Shown: piece by piece, positions 12,586 to 24,277 of the stretch
Numbering within the stretch: position 1 is the stretch's first letter
How the letters are laid out: each line of letters starts with the position of its first letter
NCBI GenBank assembly: GCA_951406725.2
Contig: OX597815.1
Coordinates: 620,001-684,000 of the forward strand
Direction: 5' to 3'
Source: Octopus vulgaris
Taxonomy: Eukaryota
DNA: 64,000 nucleotides
Position numbers and translations under genes: made by a program
The notes under the pieces: generated by a model
The model's database searches: none
What the model was told of the DNA's origin: nothing
Seen by the model: only the letters and a program-made list of their open reading frames with translations

Positions 12586-13133
12586 CATAGGTTCTCAAAG
12601 TGGGCGCTACCTATTTCTTTACTACCCACCAGGGGCTAAACACAGAGAGGACAAACAAGGACAGACGAATGGATTAAGTCGATTATATCGACCCCAGTGC
12701 ATAACTGGTACTTATTTAATCGACCCCGAAAGGATGAAAGGCAAAGTAAACCTCAGCGGAATTTGAACTCAGAACGTAACGGCAGACAAAATATGGTTAC
12801 GCATTTCGTCCAGCATGCTAACCACTCTGCCAGCTCGCCGCCCCCTAGTGGGTGTTGAAAGGGTCCAGGTGGGCGCTGGTGTCTAAGGGGGTGGTGCAGG
12901 GGAACAAGGAGGCACTGGGAGGAAGGCAGTGGATTGGGGGACACTATGAATTTATTATAATATTATTATATTATTGTATACAAATTATATAATATATTAA
13001 ATATCAAATGATTCATAGTATATATATAAATTAGTAAGATATAAAATATTTATTTACACATAAAAATAGGGGTGGGGGCACTGAGGACTTTTTTAGGTGC
13101 CTATGAGGGGCCCACAAAGTTTGAGAAGCTCTG
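12586..13133. mobile_element. hAT/Charlie-type MITE with a nested SINE family B (12611-12842, minus strand)
   Basis: TIRs CATAGGTTCTCAAA / TTTGAGAAGCTCTG. Flanks CTCTTAAC (12578-12585) and CTCTAAAC (13134-13141) match at 7 of 8 positions, as expected for an 8-bp TSD. Confidence 0.8.
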
Positions 13134-13536
13134 CTCTAAACAAAGCTACAACTCGACATTGTCTCAATTTTAAATGAGACATTTGTGCCATCATTAGACC
13201 TAATTCTAGAATGTGTGTGTGTGTGTGTGTGTGTGTTTATACATGTGTATGTCTATATCTGTCTGTCTGTCTGTCTATAATTTCCTAGTGCTGTTTTTAT
13301 AAACAAGCATGTGCGTTTTCTGTGTTGATGTTATGGTAGCACACTTGTGAAAACACAGAGGTGTGAGTTCAAGTCCCATGCATTCAGAAAACCCACTTTT
13401 TTCCATTGAGGGCTTATATGCCCCCAGTATTAGACTATTTACCTTAGTCAATACATGGTGATCACTTATAAGCTTTAAGCTTGTAAAATATTATTTTCAT
13501 TATTTACAGATTTGTGTGCGTGCGTTTGTGTGTGTA

Positions 13537-13567
<31 letters not shown>

Positions 13568-13755
13568 GTATATTCACATACACATAAGTGTATGTTTTGA
13601 TGTATGTATGTGAGTATAATAGCCACTAAAAGATTTACGACCAAGAAAAGCCCTTGACCAAGTCAGCGAGAACCTTGGGTCGCAGCATGATGCAAGAATA
13701 TGAAGACATTTATCAAAGAGTTTAATAACATCTCTTTAACTCTTCACATGGGAGG

Positions 13756-13799
<44 letters not shown>

Positions 13800-13842
13800 A
13801 CAGAACAGCTAGTGTGGTATGGAGGTATGTGTATGGGGGGTG

Positions 13843-14010
13843 CTAACTCAAATAATATTTTACTTTATTGTTTGCTTTATTTTTACTTTTATTTCTCATT
13901 TTTATCTTATTTTTCTTAATTTCTTCCCATCTTTGTTTATAAAGTTGCAATGGAATCCTTCCCTGACCATTCCTACCCAATGGCTTAAACTTACTATCAC
14001 TAACTGCATG
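13843..14010 (-). CDS. probable terminal coding exon of an unidentified host gene
   Basis: Acceptor TTGATACAG, phase 0: HAVSDSKFKPLGRNGQGRIPLQLYKQRWEEIKKNK...YYLS*. Non-repetitive sequence, in frame with the exon at 14466-14522. Confidence 0.5.
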   Translation of the reverse strand, partial: HAVSDSKFKPLGRNGQGRIPLQLYKQRWEEIKKNKIKMRNKSKNKANNKVKYYLS

Positions 14011-14040
14011 CTGTATCAAAACCAAGTTATTTTATCAAGA

Positions 14041-14445
14041 GGCGTAGGAGTGGCTGTGTGGTAAGTAGCTTGCTTACCAACCACATGGTTCCGGATTCAG
14101 TCCCACTGTATGGCACCTTGGGTAAGTGTCTTCTACAATAGCCTTGGGCCGACCAAAGCCTTGTGAGTGGATTTGGTAGATGGAAACTGAAAAGAAGCCC
14201 GTCGTATATATGTATATATATACATGTATGTGTGTGTATATGTTTGTGTGTCTGTGTTTGTCCCCCCAACATCGCTTGATAACTGATTCTGGTGTGTTTA
14301 TGTCACCGTAATTTAGCGGTTCGACAAAAGAGACCGATAGAATAAGTACTAGGCTGACAAAGAATAAGTCCTGGGGCTCAATTTGCTCAACTAAAGGTGG
14401 TGCTCCAGCATGGCCACAGTCAAATGACTGAAACAAGTAAAAGAG
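14041..14445 (+). mobile_element. SINE family A (full length)
   Basis: GGCGTAGGAGTGGCTGTGTGGTAAG head through the GAAACAAGTAAAAGAG tail. Confidence 0.9.
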
Positions 14446-14465
14446 TGTACCCTTTGTAACATGAC

Positions 14466-14522
14466 CTGACGAGATGCATCTACACCGAGGGGTGCACCAC
14501 AACCAGTTGCACAGAATCCCAC
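14466..14522 (-). CDS. probable internal 57-nt coding exon of the same gene
   Basis: Acceptor TTCCTTGCAG and donor CAG|GTCATG; phase 0-0 reading VGFCATGCGAPLGVDASRQ. Confidence 0.5.
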
Positions 14523-14792
14523 CTGCAAGGAACACCATATATGTTTCTATGTGCTAGTATTAGTTTCATGCTTGTTATGCATTGTGGGCAGTTGCCTGAA
14601 GATTGTGCCAGAGCATCAGACATGTTAAAAAATACTGTTTGGTATTCTTTCATTGCATGAAACTAAAAGTCACACAGAGAAGCATATATTGTGTTTGTTA
14701 AATAATATATTTATCTCTCACCAGATGGAGCACTTTTTTTTGTGTTAGTCTTGCCTTTACGGAACAGTACACTTTGTGCATATGTATATATA

Positions 14793-16866
14793 TGAGATGC
14801 TTAAAACATCTGATGGTGTGGGCTATGGCCTAGTCACCCGGATTGTAAACCAGGTAGTTCATGATGGAGTCATACCCATAGAAAGGCATAGCAGCACCAT
14901 AGTCAACTGCTACAAGGGTAAAGGTGATGCTTTAGATAGAAATAACTGTAGGGATATCAAACTGCTGGGTCAGGTGATGGAGGTCACAGAGAGGGTCATA
15001 GCCCAACTAATTCGGGAGAGAGTCTACTTAAATGAGATGCAGTACGGTTTTGTGCCATGTAGAAGCACCACTGATGCTGTATTACTGGTTCGACAACTAC
15101 AGGAGAAATACCTAGCCAAGATAAACCCTTATACTTGGATATTTTGTGGACTGGAGAAAGCCTTTGACAGGGTCCCCTGATCTCTTATTTGGTGGGCGAT
15201 GTGGAAACTGGGGATTGACGAATGGTTAATAAGGGCTGTACAGAGATGCCATTAGTAAGGTTAGGGTTGGCAATGAGTATAGTGAAGAATTCCGGGTAGA
15301 AGTAGAGGTCCACCAAGGTTCAGCCATCAGTCCCCTTTTATTCATCATAGTCCTCCAGGCAATAACAGGAATTCAAGACGGGTTGCCCCTAGGAGCTCCT
15401 CTATGTTGATGACCTGGTCCTCATAGCATAATCACTACCGGAACTAAAAAAAATTTGGGGTGTGAAAGCTAAGTTTAGAATCAAAAGGCCTTAGAGTCAA
15501 TGTAGCAAAGACCAAAGTTCTAGTAAGTAGGAAGGCAAACACACCACACACCCCTTCAGGTAGGTGGCCCTGCTTGATCTGTAGAAAAGGTGTAGGTAGA
15601 AACTCCATAAGATGTACCCAGTGTAAGCTATGGACACATAAGAGGTGCAGCAACATCAAAGGAAAATTAACCGAGAAAATAGCTTTTGTGTGTGGCAGAT
15701 GCACAGGGGCAATAGACACCATTGATACTCAGAAAACAGATTCCATTACACTCCTGGGGGAGAAATTAGATGTAGGTTGATAGTTTCTGCTACCTAGGTA
15801 ACCAAGTTAGTAGTGGAGGTGGATGCTCAGAGAGCGTTACCACTAGAATAAGAATAGCTTGGGCAAAGTTTAGAAAGCTTCTACCCCTACTGGCGACAAA
15901 GGGTCTCTCGCTCAGAGTGAAAGGTAGATTGCATGACACATGTGTGCGAACTGCCATGCTTCAGAGTAGTGAAACATAGGCTGTGACTGCAGAGGACATG
16001 TGTAGGCTTGAAAGAAATGAAGCTAGCATGATCCGCTGGATGTGTAATGTCAGTGTGCACACACAACAGAGTGTAGGTGCCCTGAGAGAAATGCCGGACA
16101 TAAGAAGCATTGGATGTGATGTGCAAGAGAGACGTCTGCACCGGTATGGTCATGTACTACGGATGGATGAGGAGAGATGTGTGAAGAAGTACCACTCCCA
16201 AACAGTTGATGGAATCCAGGGTAGAGGTAGACCCAGGAATACATGGGATGTGGTGGTCAAGCATGACCTTCGAACATTGGGCCTCACAGAGGCAATGATG
16301 AAAGACTGAAACCTCTGGAGATATGCTGTGACTGTGAAGACCCGACAAATAATGTGAGTTTATGGCTGTTTCCTGCACCAGCTTCACATAGAAGCCCCAC
16401 CCCATCCAAAGTGCCTTGGGTCGCAGGACGGCCTGCTGTGCTTACCTTGGATCATAGGGTGACCTGCTGTGCTTGAGGAAACCTTTTGAGTCAAGTACAT
16501 CAACATCAAAAAATCAAATGGAAATTGTAGTTGTGATCCCTGTGCCGGTGGCACGTAAAAAGCACCATCCGAACGTCGCCAATGCCAGTGCCACCTTGAC
16601 TGGCTTCCGTGCTGGTGGCACATAAAAAGCACCAATTGATCATGGCCGCTGCCAGCCTCTCCTGGCCCCTGTGCCGGTGTCACGTAAAAGGCACCCACTA
16701 CACTCACAGAGTGGTTGGCGTTAGGAAGGGCATCCAGCTGTAGAATAACTGCCAGATCAGACTGGAGCCTGGTACAGCCTTCCCGCTTCCCAGATCCCCG
16801 GTCGAACCGTCCAACCCATGCCAGCATGGAAAACGGACGTTAAACGATGATGATAATGATGATGAT
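14793..16866 (+). mobile_element. 5'-truncated RTE LINE (RT, PHD finger, 3' UTR, (GAT)n tail), frameshifted
   Basis: YKGKGDALDRNNCRDIKLL, QYGFVP..STTDA, LEKAFDRVP, HQGS..SPLLF, LLYVDDLV, CLIC..CTQC..HKRC..CGRC and RGRPRNTW. Confidence 0.95.
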
Positions 16867-17195
16867 ATATATGAGAAGGGCTTCTTTCAGTTTGCATGTA
16901 TGAAATCCACTGACAAGGTTTTGGTCAGCCCAAAACAACAGTAGGAGACACTTGCTCAAAATGCCATGCAATGGGAAGCAAACTTGTTACCACAGAGCCA
17001 TGCCTGTGCCTAAGTAAACGTGTGTGTGTGTGTGTGTGTATGTGTGTGTGTGTGTAGACATTATATGATTGTCAGATTGTTGAACTACTTTCTTACCTAC
17101 CTGCCCACCCACCTGCCCAGATACATGCCTACCTGTCTACCTATATACATATCTATATATCTTTGTAAGTACCAATCTATCATACCCTACCTTAC

Positions 17196-17230
<35 letters not shown>

Positions 17231-17552
17231 ATTTGATAGATGGTTTCTGTAATCAAAACCTCCAATGTTGTCAGGTAAACAAAATTAATTACTTGTCCAA
17301 GTCACGCATCAACTAGACTTGTTGGTAGAAACATGTTTCACTTCTTACAACACAAACCACTTCAACTGTCATTATTGGGGCTGGGGAGTGGAGGTGGGTG
17401 GCCGTGGCCGTGGTGGTGGTCACGTGGAACCAGTAAATGGAAATATTTTTCCTCTTGCATTGTTCTTATATTTTTTTAATCTGGAAAACATTGGGAAATC
17501 TTATCTTTGCTTCTAGATTGGGAAATACACCTGTTCTGAAAACTAATACATA

Positions 17553-17633
<81 letters not shown>

Positions 17634-17672
17634 ACACACACATACACACACACAAATATATATATATATATA

Positions 17673-18012
17673 GCAATATCAGAGGAAAGTTAACAGGGAA
17701 AATAATCTTTGTGTGTGGCAGATGTACAGGTAGAATAAAGATGAGAAAAATACAGAGAATAGACTCGATGAAATGCGAGGGGGATACCTAGAAACAGTTG
17801 GTAGCTTTCATTATCTTTAATTCAGCAACAGAGGTTGTTGCCCTGAGAGTGTAGCTGCTAGAATAAGCAATAGGCTGAGCAGAGTTCAGAGAGCCTCTGC
17901 CTTTGTTGGTAAGAAAGGGCCTCTGCCTCAGAGTGAAAGGCAGATTGTATGATGCCTGTGTATAAACAGCCATGTTACATGGGCAGTGAAACATGGGCTG
18001 TGACTGCAGAGG
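17673..18012 (+). mobile_element. RTE internal fragment
   Basis: Aligns with 15650-15995. Confidence 0.7.
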
Positions 18013-18029
18013 CACTTGGAAAAACACAC

Positions 18030-18125
18030 ACCGACACCCACCCACACACACACATGCACAAGCATACATATTCATTATAGATAGATATGCACACACATAT
18101 GTATATATGTATTTGTATAAACATA

Positions 18126-18204
<79 letters not shown>

Positions 18205-18234
18205 ATATATATGTGTGTGTATATATATATATAC

Positions 18235-18283
<49 letters not shown>

Positions 18284-18308
18284 ATATGTGTGTATATATA
18301 TATGTATG

Positions 18309-18360
<52 letters not shown>
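18030..18360. repeat. compound (TA)n/(TG)n microsatellite
   Basis: Directly visible. Confidence 0.9.
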
Positions 18361-18361
<1 letters not shown>

Positions 18362-18744
18362 CAAATTAAGAGGAATGACCACTAAAGTGGACACCTAATA
18401 TGCTAAACACAGATGTCAAATCGCCATTACCATGAAGAATGTGTTCTCAAGAAAAATCTCAGCAAAAGACCAAAATGTAAAAATGAGGAAAACAAATGAA
18501 AATGTATGAAATCAAAAACGGTTTCCTACGTTCCATGGTTTCACTTGTTAATATCTACGTAAATAAAACACGCAGATATCTGCAAGATGGTCAACGTAGT
18601 CTGTCACTTACAAACACAATTGTGTCCTGGAAATTGTGTTTTGTAAGTCTTGGTGACCTTCCTAATGCTAGCGCCACATAAAAAGCATCCAGTCCACACT
18701 ATAAATTGGTTGGCATTTGGAAGGGCATCCAGCTGCAAAAACCC

Positions 18745-19572
18745 ATTGTTATTGATAGTGGCCCTCTCAGACATACCCTCAGCTGCTCAAATAGCCACCC
18801 TTGCTAGCTATGCAGAAGATACAAAAGTCCCTCAGACAATACAAAATTCTGGAAATATTGCACATCTGCAACAAGAGTTGGATGCAATATGCAGGTGGGC
18901 TGAAGACAACAACATGCAGTTTAATGCAGGAAAATTCCAAGCCCTACGCATACCAGCACTCAACGCTGAATATCATGCAGACAGGATACAGTGGTTTGGG
19001 AGGAATTGCAATCCCTGAATCAAAACCAGTGTGTGACCTGAGCATTGACATGAGCAATGATGCATATTACCAATTTGGTAATAAAATGCAAATGGCTAGA
19101 TGGATGGATCCTCTGAACTTTCAAAACAAGAGAAAAGGAGACAATAATGGTCTTTTGGAGGACATACATCATAAGCTGCTTGGACTACTGCTCCCAACTA
19201 TGGTCACCATACAATATAAAATTAACGGTGGAACTTGAAGCAATCCAACGTATCAGCTGCTGGGAAAGACTGAAAAAGTTAAAAGTCTTCTCCCTAGAAC
19301 AAAGGCAGGAAAGATATGCAGTGATATACGTCTGGAAAATCCTAGAAGGCCTTGTACCAAACTTTGGTATTGAAAGTTACTCAAAGAGCAGAACAGGGTA
19401 CCATTGCATAGTGTCAAAGATCCCTGCATCTCCATCAAAATACAGGACCAGATCCTGCAACAGCTTGGGTTTCAAGGGTTCACAGCTCCTCAATATCCTT
19501 CCAAAATGCCCGAGGGACCTGCATGGTGTAGATGTAGGTGTCTTAAAAAGAAAACTGGATCTCCTCCTGCCA
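18745..19572 (+). mobile_element. CR1/L2-like LINE family C, RT C-terminal fragment
   Basis: PLLLIVALSDIPS...SYAEDTKV...WAEDNNMQFNAGKFQ, LDYCSQLWSP and SLEQRQERY. Confidence 0.85.
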
Positions 19573-19910
19573 AAGATGGCACATAAAAAGCGCCATTTGA
19601 GTGTTAGGCTTCACGGAGGAAGTGACAAGTGACCAAGACCTTTCGTGATACACCGTGCTTGTGTTGACCTGTCAAACCAAGTGAGACCGTAGTCATGGCT
19701 GATGCTTGTGTCACATCAATGGCACTCATGCCAGTGGCACATAATAAAAGCACCCACTGCACTCTTGGAGTGGTTGGTGCTAGGAAGGGTGTCAAACCGT
19801 AGAAACCCTGGATTGGAACCTGATGCAACTCCCCAACTCAGCAGTGTTCAGTCAAACCATCCAACCCATGCCAGCATGCAAAGCAGACGTTAAATGACGA
19901 TGATGATGAT
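19573..19910 (+). mobile_element. RTE 3' UTR fragment
   Basis: Ends in CCAACCCATGCCAGCATG..GACGTTAAATGACGATGATG. Confidence 0.75.
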
Positions 19911-19959
19911 AATATGTATATCATCTGCATTGACTTTCTCACTGGTAATGCCTTTCCCT

Positions 19960-20025
<66 letters not shown>

Positions 20026-20123
20026 TAAATATTAGGGAATAAATCCAAATTTACAGGGAAAAAAAATCAGATTTAGGATTAAATCCAATTTTATAGTAAA
20101 ATATTATATAATATTGTCTCTAA

Positions 20124-20205
<82 letters not shown>

Positions 20206-20209
<4 letters not shown>

Positions 20210-21024
20210 TGAAAAAGTGCCAATCACTAGCAGTTGGGGGAACCCGTGGAAGAGGTAGACCCAGGAAAACCTGGGACGAGGTGGTGAGGCACGACCTTCA
20301 AACATTAGGCCTCACCAAGGCAATGACTAGTGACTGAGACCTTTGGAAATTTGCTGTGCATGAGAAGACCCGGCAGGACAAGTGAGTCCGTCCCGTGTCC
20401 CTTGCCAGGGATGTAGCCAGCCCACTTATGCATGCCTTTCCTTCCTTGGACACACGAAGACCTGTTGAGGCAAGTGAAGTTGAAATTAAATTCGAAATTG
20501 AACCACATCCGACGACTGGCACCCATGCCAACCTCCCTCCATTGGACACTAAACTCTGCTTGCGAAGACCTGTTGGGGCAAGTGAAATCGGAATCGAAAT
20601 TGAACCAAATCCTATGACTGGCACCCGGCCGTTGCCAGTGCCGCTGGACTGACTCCTGTGCAGGTGGCAAGTAAAGAAACACCGTTTCGACCCTGTACTT
20701 GAGGAGACCTATTGAGTCAAGTACATGAACATGAAAAATCAATGGAAATTGTAGTTGTGATCCCTGTGCTGGTGGCACATAAAAAGCACCATCCGAACGT
20801 GGCTGATGCCAGCGCCGCCTTGACTGTCTTCCATGCCGGTGGCAAGTAAAAAGCACCCACTATACTCACGGAGTGGTTGGTGTTAGGAAGGGCATCCAGC
20901 TGGAGAATAACTGCCAGATCAGACTGGAACCTGGTGCAGCCTCCTGGCTTCCCAGATCCCCGGTCGAACCGTCCAACCCATGCTAGCATGGAAAACGGAC
21001 GTTAAATGAGGATGATGATGATGA
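20206..21024 (+). mobile_element. RTE 3' end (ORF C-terminus and complete 3' UTR)
   Basis: VKKCQSLAVGGTRGRGRPRKTWDEVVRHDLQTLGL, then UTR and (GAT)n tail. Confidence 0.9.
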
Positions 21025-21262
21025 TATATATATATCAATATATTTTCTCAAATCATTTATTCCTTTGTCATCTCTCTTTCTTATATATGTTTATGTGTGT
21101 ATATATATATGTGTGTGTGTATGTGTGTGGGTGGGTGGGGTCACATTTGGAGATCCCTGCCATTGGCAGTTCTATGAACAGGGAGAAATTGGAATCCTTG
21201 GACATGAAGTCAGAGAAGGGTTGTGAGAGTCAAGCAATTGGTGAGAGGAAGAGTCAATGTTA

Positions 21263-21316
21263 AGGAGTCCACTAATGATAGGAGTCCACTAATGATAGGA
21301 GTCCACTAATGATAGG
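21263..21316. repeat. 17-bp tandem repeat, 3 copies (AGGAGTCCACTAATGAT)
   Basis: Directly visible. Confidence 0.9.
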
Positions 21317-22148
21317 TGCTGTGATTAATTTAATAAAGCACAAGAGAGAAGCACAAAAGTCTCCACTGAATAGAATTGGTTACTAAGCAAGTTTGTTGAG
21401 TGAGGAGAGAAATGATACAAGACTAGACATGATATCAACATTGGTAAAGGGGAGAGAGAGCAAAGGAGAGAGGGAGAGAGAGAGAGAGAGAGAGAGGGAG
21501 GGAGGGAGAGAGGGAGGAGTGAGAGGGAGAGAGAAAGAGAAAGAGAAAGAGAGATAAGTAATTTGATAAGGTCTCCTCCTCCTTCTGCTCTGAGAGGATC
21601 CAAGCAAATAAAGAGCAGGGTCTGCCTCTTCGTTTGTTAAAGCGTGTTAAACTATGACAACCAGACGACAAGGTGAAGCTAAGACATTTAATCATTGTCA
21701 ACAACATAGTGATGTCTACTTTGGTGTCCCTGTGTATGGATACAAACATACAGGTATATACACGTGGACACACACATGTACACACACACACAAATATATA
21801 TATATATACATCCATCCATATATACATACATGCATACTCACACATATACATGTATACACACACACAGACACACACACACACACGTATGTATAGTTATTAA
21901 TAAGGAATTATCAATCCAGACAAATTACTTGCCCTGATTTCTTAATACAAATAAATACACCAGGCCAACAAAAGATTTTCTGATTCCCATATAACTCCAG
22001 GTAATCCTAAGATCCAAGCTTCAAGTCCATCCCCAGTCGTCTTCATAAAGCCATGATTGCATTCTTCAGATAATATGGTTTCACAGAGGGATATTTACAA
22101 GAAAAGGCATGAATAATGGGCTTTGCATATTTTTTTTATTTGTGCATT

Positions 22149-22271
22149 GTAGACTTACAGTTGTTTCTGATATGCTTTATAGGTGTGTTGATGGTCCTGT
22201 TTACTCAATCCGTCGATTGGTCAGTTGAAAAAATTGAACGACCTTAACAAATACTACCATCTTCAGTTTAC
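22149..22271 (-). ncRNA. degenerate hammerhead-like motif with a long stem II
   Basis: GTAAA CTGAAGA TGGTA...TATCA GAA ACAACTGT A AGTCTAC. Stem III is a near-palindrome with a GUA site; stem I is imperfect. Confidence 0.4.
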
Positions 22272-22454
22272 TGTAAGATGTACAAATATAGAAACACCTA
22301 AGTCCCATCATTTATGGCCTTTCTTATATGTGTGTGTGTATGTATGTGTATGTATCTTTGTATGTATAGAATAAAACTAGAAAAGCATAAATTTCACATG
22401 TATAGTTCATAGTTTAAACTATGAACTTTAAGGGAAACCCATGTCTTTTCTCTC

Positions 22455-22827
22455 TTATTACCTCCGCCTTAGCGAAGGCAGGGGTATTGTTTTCAGTTGT
22501 GTTTGTTTGTTTGTTTGTCCGTGGACAAGATATCTCAAGAACCGATGGATGGATTCAGATGAAACTTTCAGGGATGTTTGGCCTTGTGACTGGCACAAAC
22601 TGATTAGATGTTGGGATCGATCTGGTACTGGACAAGGATTCTGGATTATTGTTCCTGTTTTTTATACTTAATTTTTGTGAGTGGTCAGGTTCATATTTAG
22701 TATTCTCATTTGTGAGAGCAATCAAGTTTATTTCAGATATTCTCATTTAAAAAATCATCTCTGGCTAATCATTGAGAGGATGTTGTGTTGCCTTGGTGGA
22801 GGTTTGTGCTCTCTGAGGGCTCTTGTT
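22455..22827 (+). mobile_element. HINE (Helentron-associated, DINE-1-like) non-autonomous element
   Basis: TTATTACCTCCGCC start, (GTTT)n, sub-terminal inverted repeat GGTGGAGGT (22795-22803), 3' stem-loop GCTCTCTGAGGGC and TT end. Confidence 0.8.
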
Positions 22828-23006
22828 CTAAATATTTTGTTCTTCAAGATTGTTTTAACCAAGTGTGTATGTACATGCAAGGTGGACCCACTTAGATTCA
22901 CAGCAAAATGTTGAAGTTGAACATCTTGTCATTAATTGAGATTTTAATTAAAGTGGATTTATTCTTTGATGTTTTTACATCAATTATGTATGCATACATT
23001 ATATAA

Positions 23007-23330
23007 CATCATCATCATCATCTATTAACGTCCATTTTCCATGCTGGCATGGGTTGGACAGATTGACAGGAGCTGGCATGGTCAGAGAGCTGTATCAGGG
23101 TCCAGTTGCATGTTTTGGCATGGTTTCTATGGTTACTGGATGCCCTTCCTAATCCCAACCACTTTACACAGTGCACTGGAGGCTTTAAACGTGACACCAG
23201 CACCGACAGGATCATGAAGTACCTTTGCAAGACAAGAACCTCTCAGGTGGGAGCGGGGAGTAGTATTGGGTGGGTGTGGGTTTGTGCCAGTTTAAGGTAT
23301 AGAAGGGTCAGATATAGGTGTCTTGCTGTA
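23007..23330 (-). mobile_element. RTE 3' UTR fragment (older)
   Basis: (CAT)n then TTAACGTCCATTTTCCATGCTGGCATGGGTTGGAC. Confidence 0.7.
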
Positions 23331-23363
23331 GAGTACATATATATATTTATAAATATATATATA

Positions 23364-23673
23364 TAAAGCACTATCCGAATCGTGGCCGATGCCAGTGCCA
23401 CCTCGACTGGCTTCCGTGCTGGTGGCACGTAAAATGCACCAAACCGACCGTGGCCGTTGCCAGCTTCCCCTGGCACCTGTGCTGGTGGCACGTAAAAAGC
23501 ACCCACTACACTCACGGAGTGGTTGGCGTTAGGAAGGGCATCCAGCTGTAGAAACACTGCCAGATCAGACTGGAGCCTGGTGCAGCCTCCTGGCTTCCCA
23601 GACCCCAGTTGAACCGTCCAACCCATGCTAGCATGGAGAACGGACGTTAAACGATGATGATGATGATGATGAT
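23364..23673 (+). mobile_element. RTE 3' UTR fragment
   Basis: Near-identical to the reverse complement of 11478-11790; (GAT)n tail. Confidence 0.85.
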
Positions 23674-23748
23674 ATATAAATAAATATAGGAATGGCATTA
23701 TTAAAATACCATCACAAGTGGTAAGCGAGTTATTAGCCGTACAGGCAA

Positions 23749-23942
23749 ATTAATAAAATATATACATACAATATTAGATATGTACATAAATACATAAGGG
23801 TACTACATGAGTACCTATACCGCCAATGACAGATGTCAATAGAAGTATTTTTTGACTTCTATCATTGGCGATATAGGTACTCATGTAGTACCCTTATGTA
23901 TATATATACATATCTAATACTGCATGTATATATTTTATTAAT
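23749..23942. repeat. fold-back palindrome (about 91-bp arms, 12-nt loop)
   Basis: 23749-23839 is the reverse complement of 23852-23942; followed by (TA)n. Confidence 0.9.
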
Positions 23943-23950
23943 ATATATTT

Positions 23951-23987
<37 letters not shown>

Positions 23988-23989
<2 letters not shown>

Positions 23990-24270
23990 TGCTAGCGCCG
24001 CTTTGACTGGCTTCCGTGCCGGTGGCATGTAAAAAGCACCAACCGATCGTGGCCGTTGCCAGCCTCGCCTGGCACCTGTGCAGGTGGCACATAAAAGCAC
24101 CCACTACACTCACGGAGTGGTTGGCGTTAGGAAGGGCATCCAGCTGTAGAAACACTGCCAGATCAGACTGGAGCTTGGTGTAGCCTCCCGGCTTCCCAGA
24201 CCCCGGTCGAACTGTCCAACCCATGCTAGCATGGAAAACGGACGTTAAATGATGATGATGATGATGATGA
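23988..24270 (+). mobile_element. RTE 3' UTR fragment
   Basis: Same family; (GAT)n tail. Confidence 0.85.
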
Positions 24271-24277
24271 TATACAC

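Noticed and set aside
13325-13385. tRNA-like segment with B-box GAGTTCAAGTCCC (similar at 58875-58940)
   Set aside because: No convincing cloverleaf; more likely decayed SINE heads than tRNA genes.
21263-21316. Short direct repeats (also 39691-39731 and 43393-43505) as possible CRISPR arrays
   Set aside because: They are head-to-tail tandem repeats without unique spacers, in a eukaryotic context with no cas genes.
22159-22270. Minus-strand exon (TTACAG ... GTAAGT)
   Set aside because: Stops occur in all three frames and the boundaries coincide with a hammerhead-like motif. A non-coding exon is not excluded.
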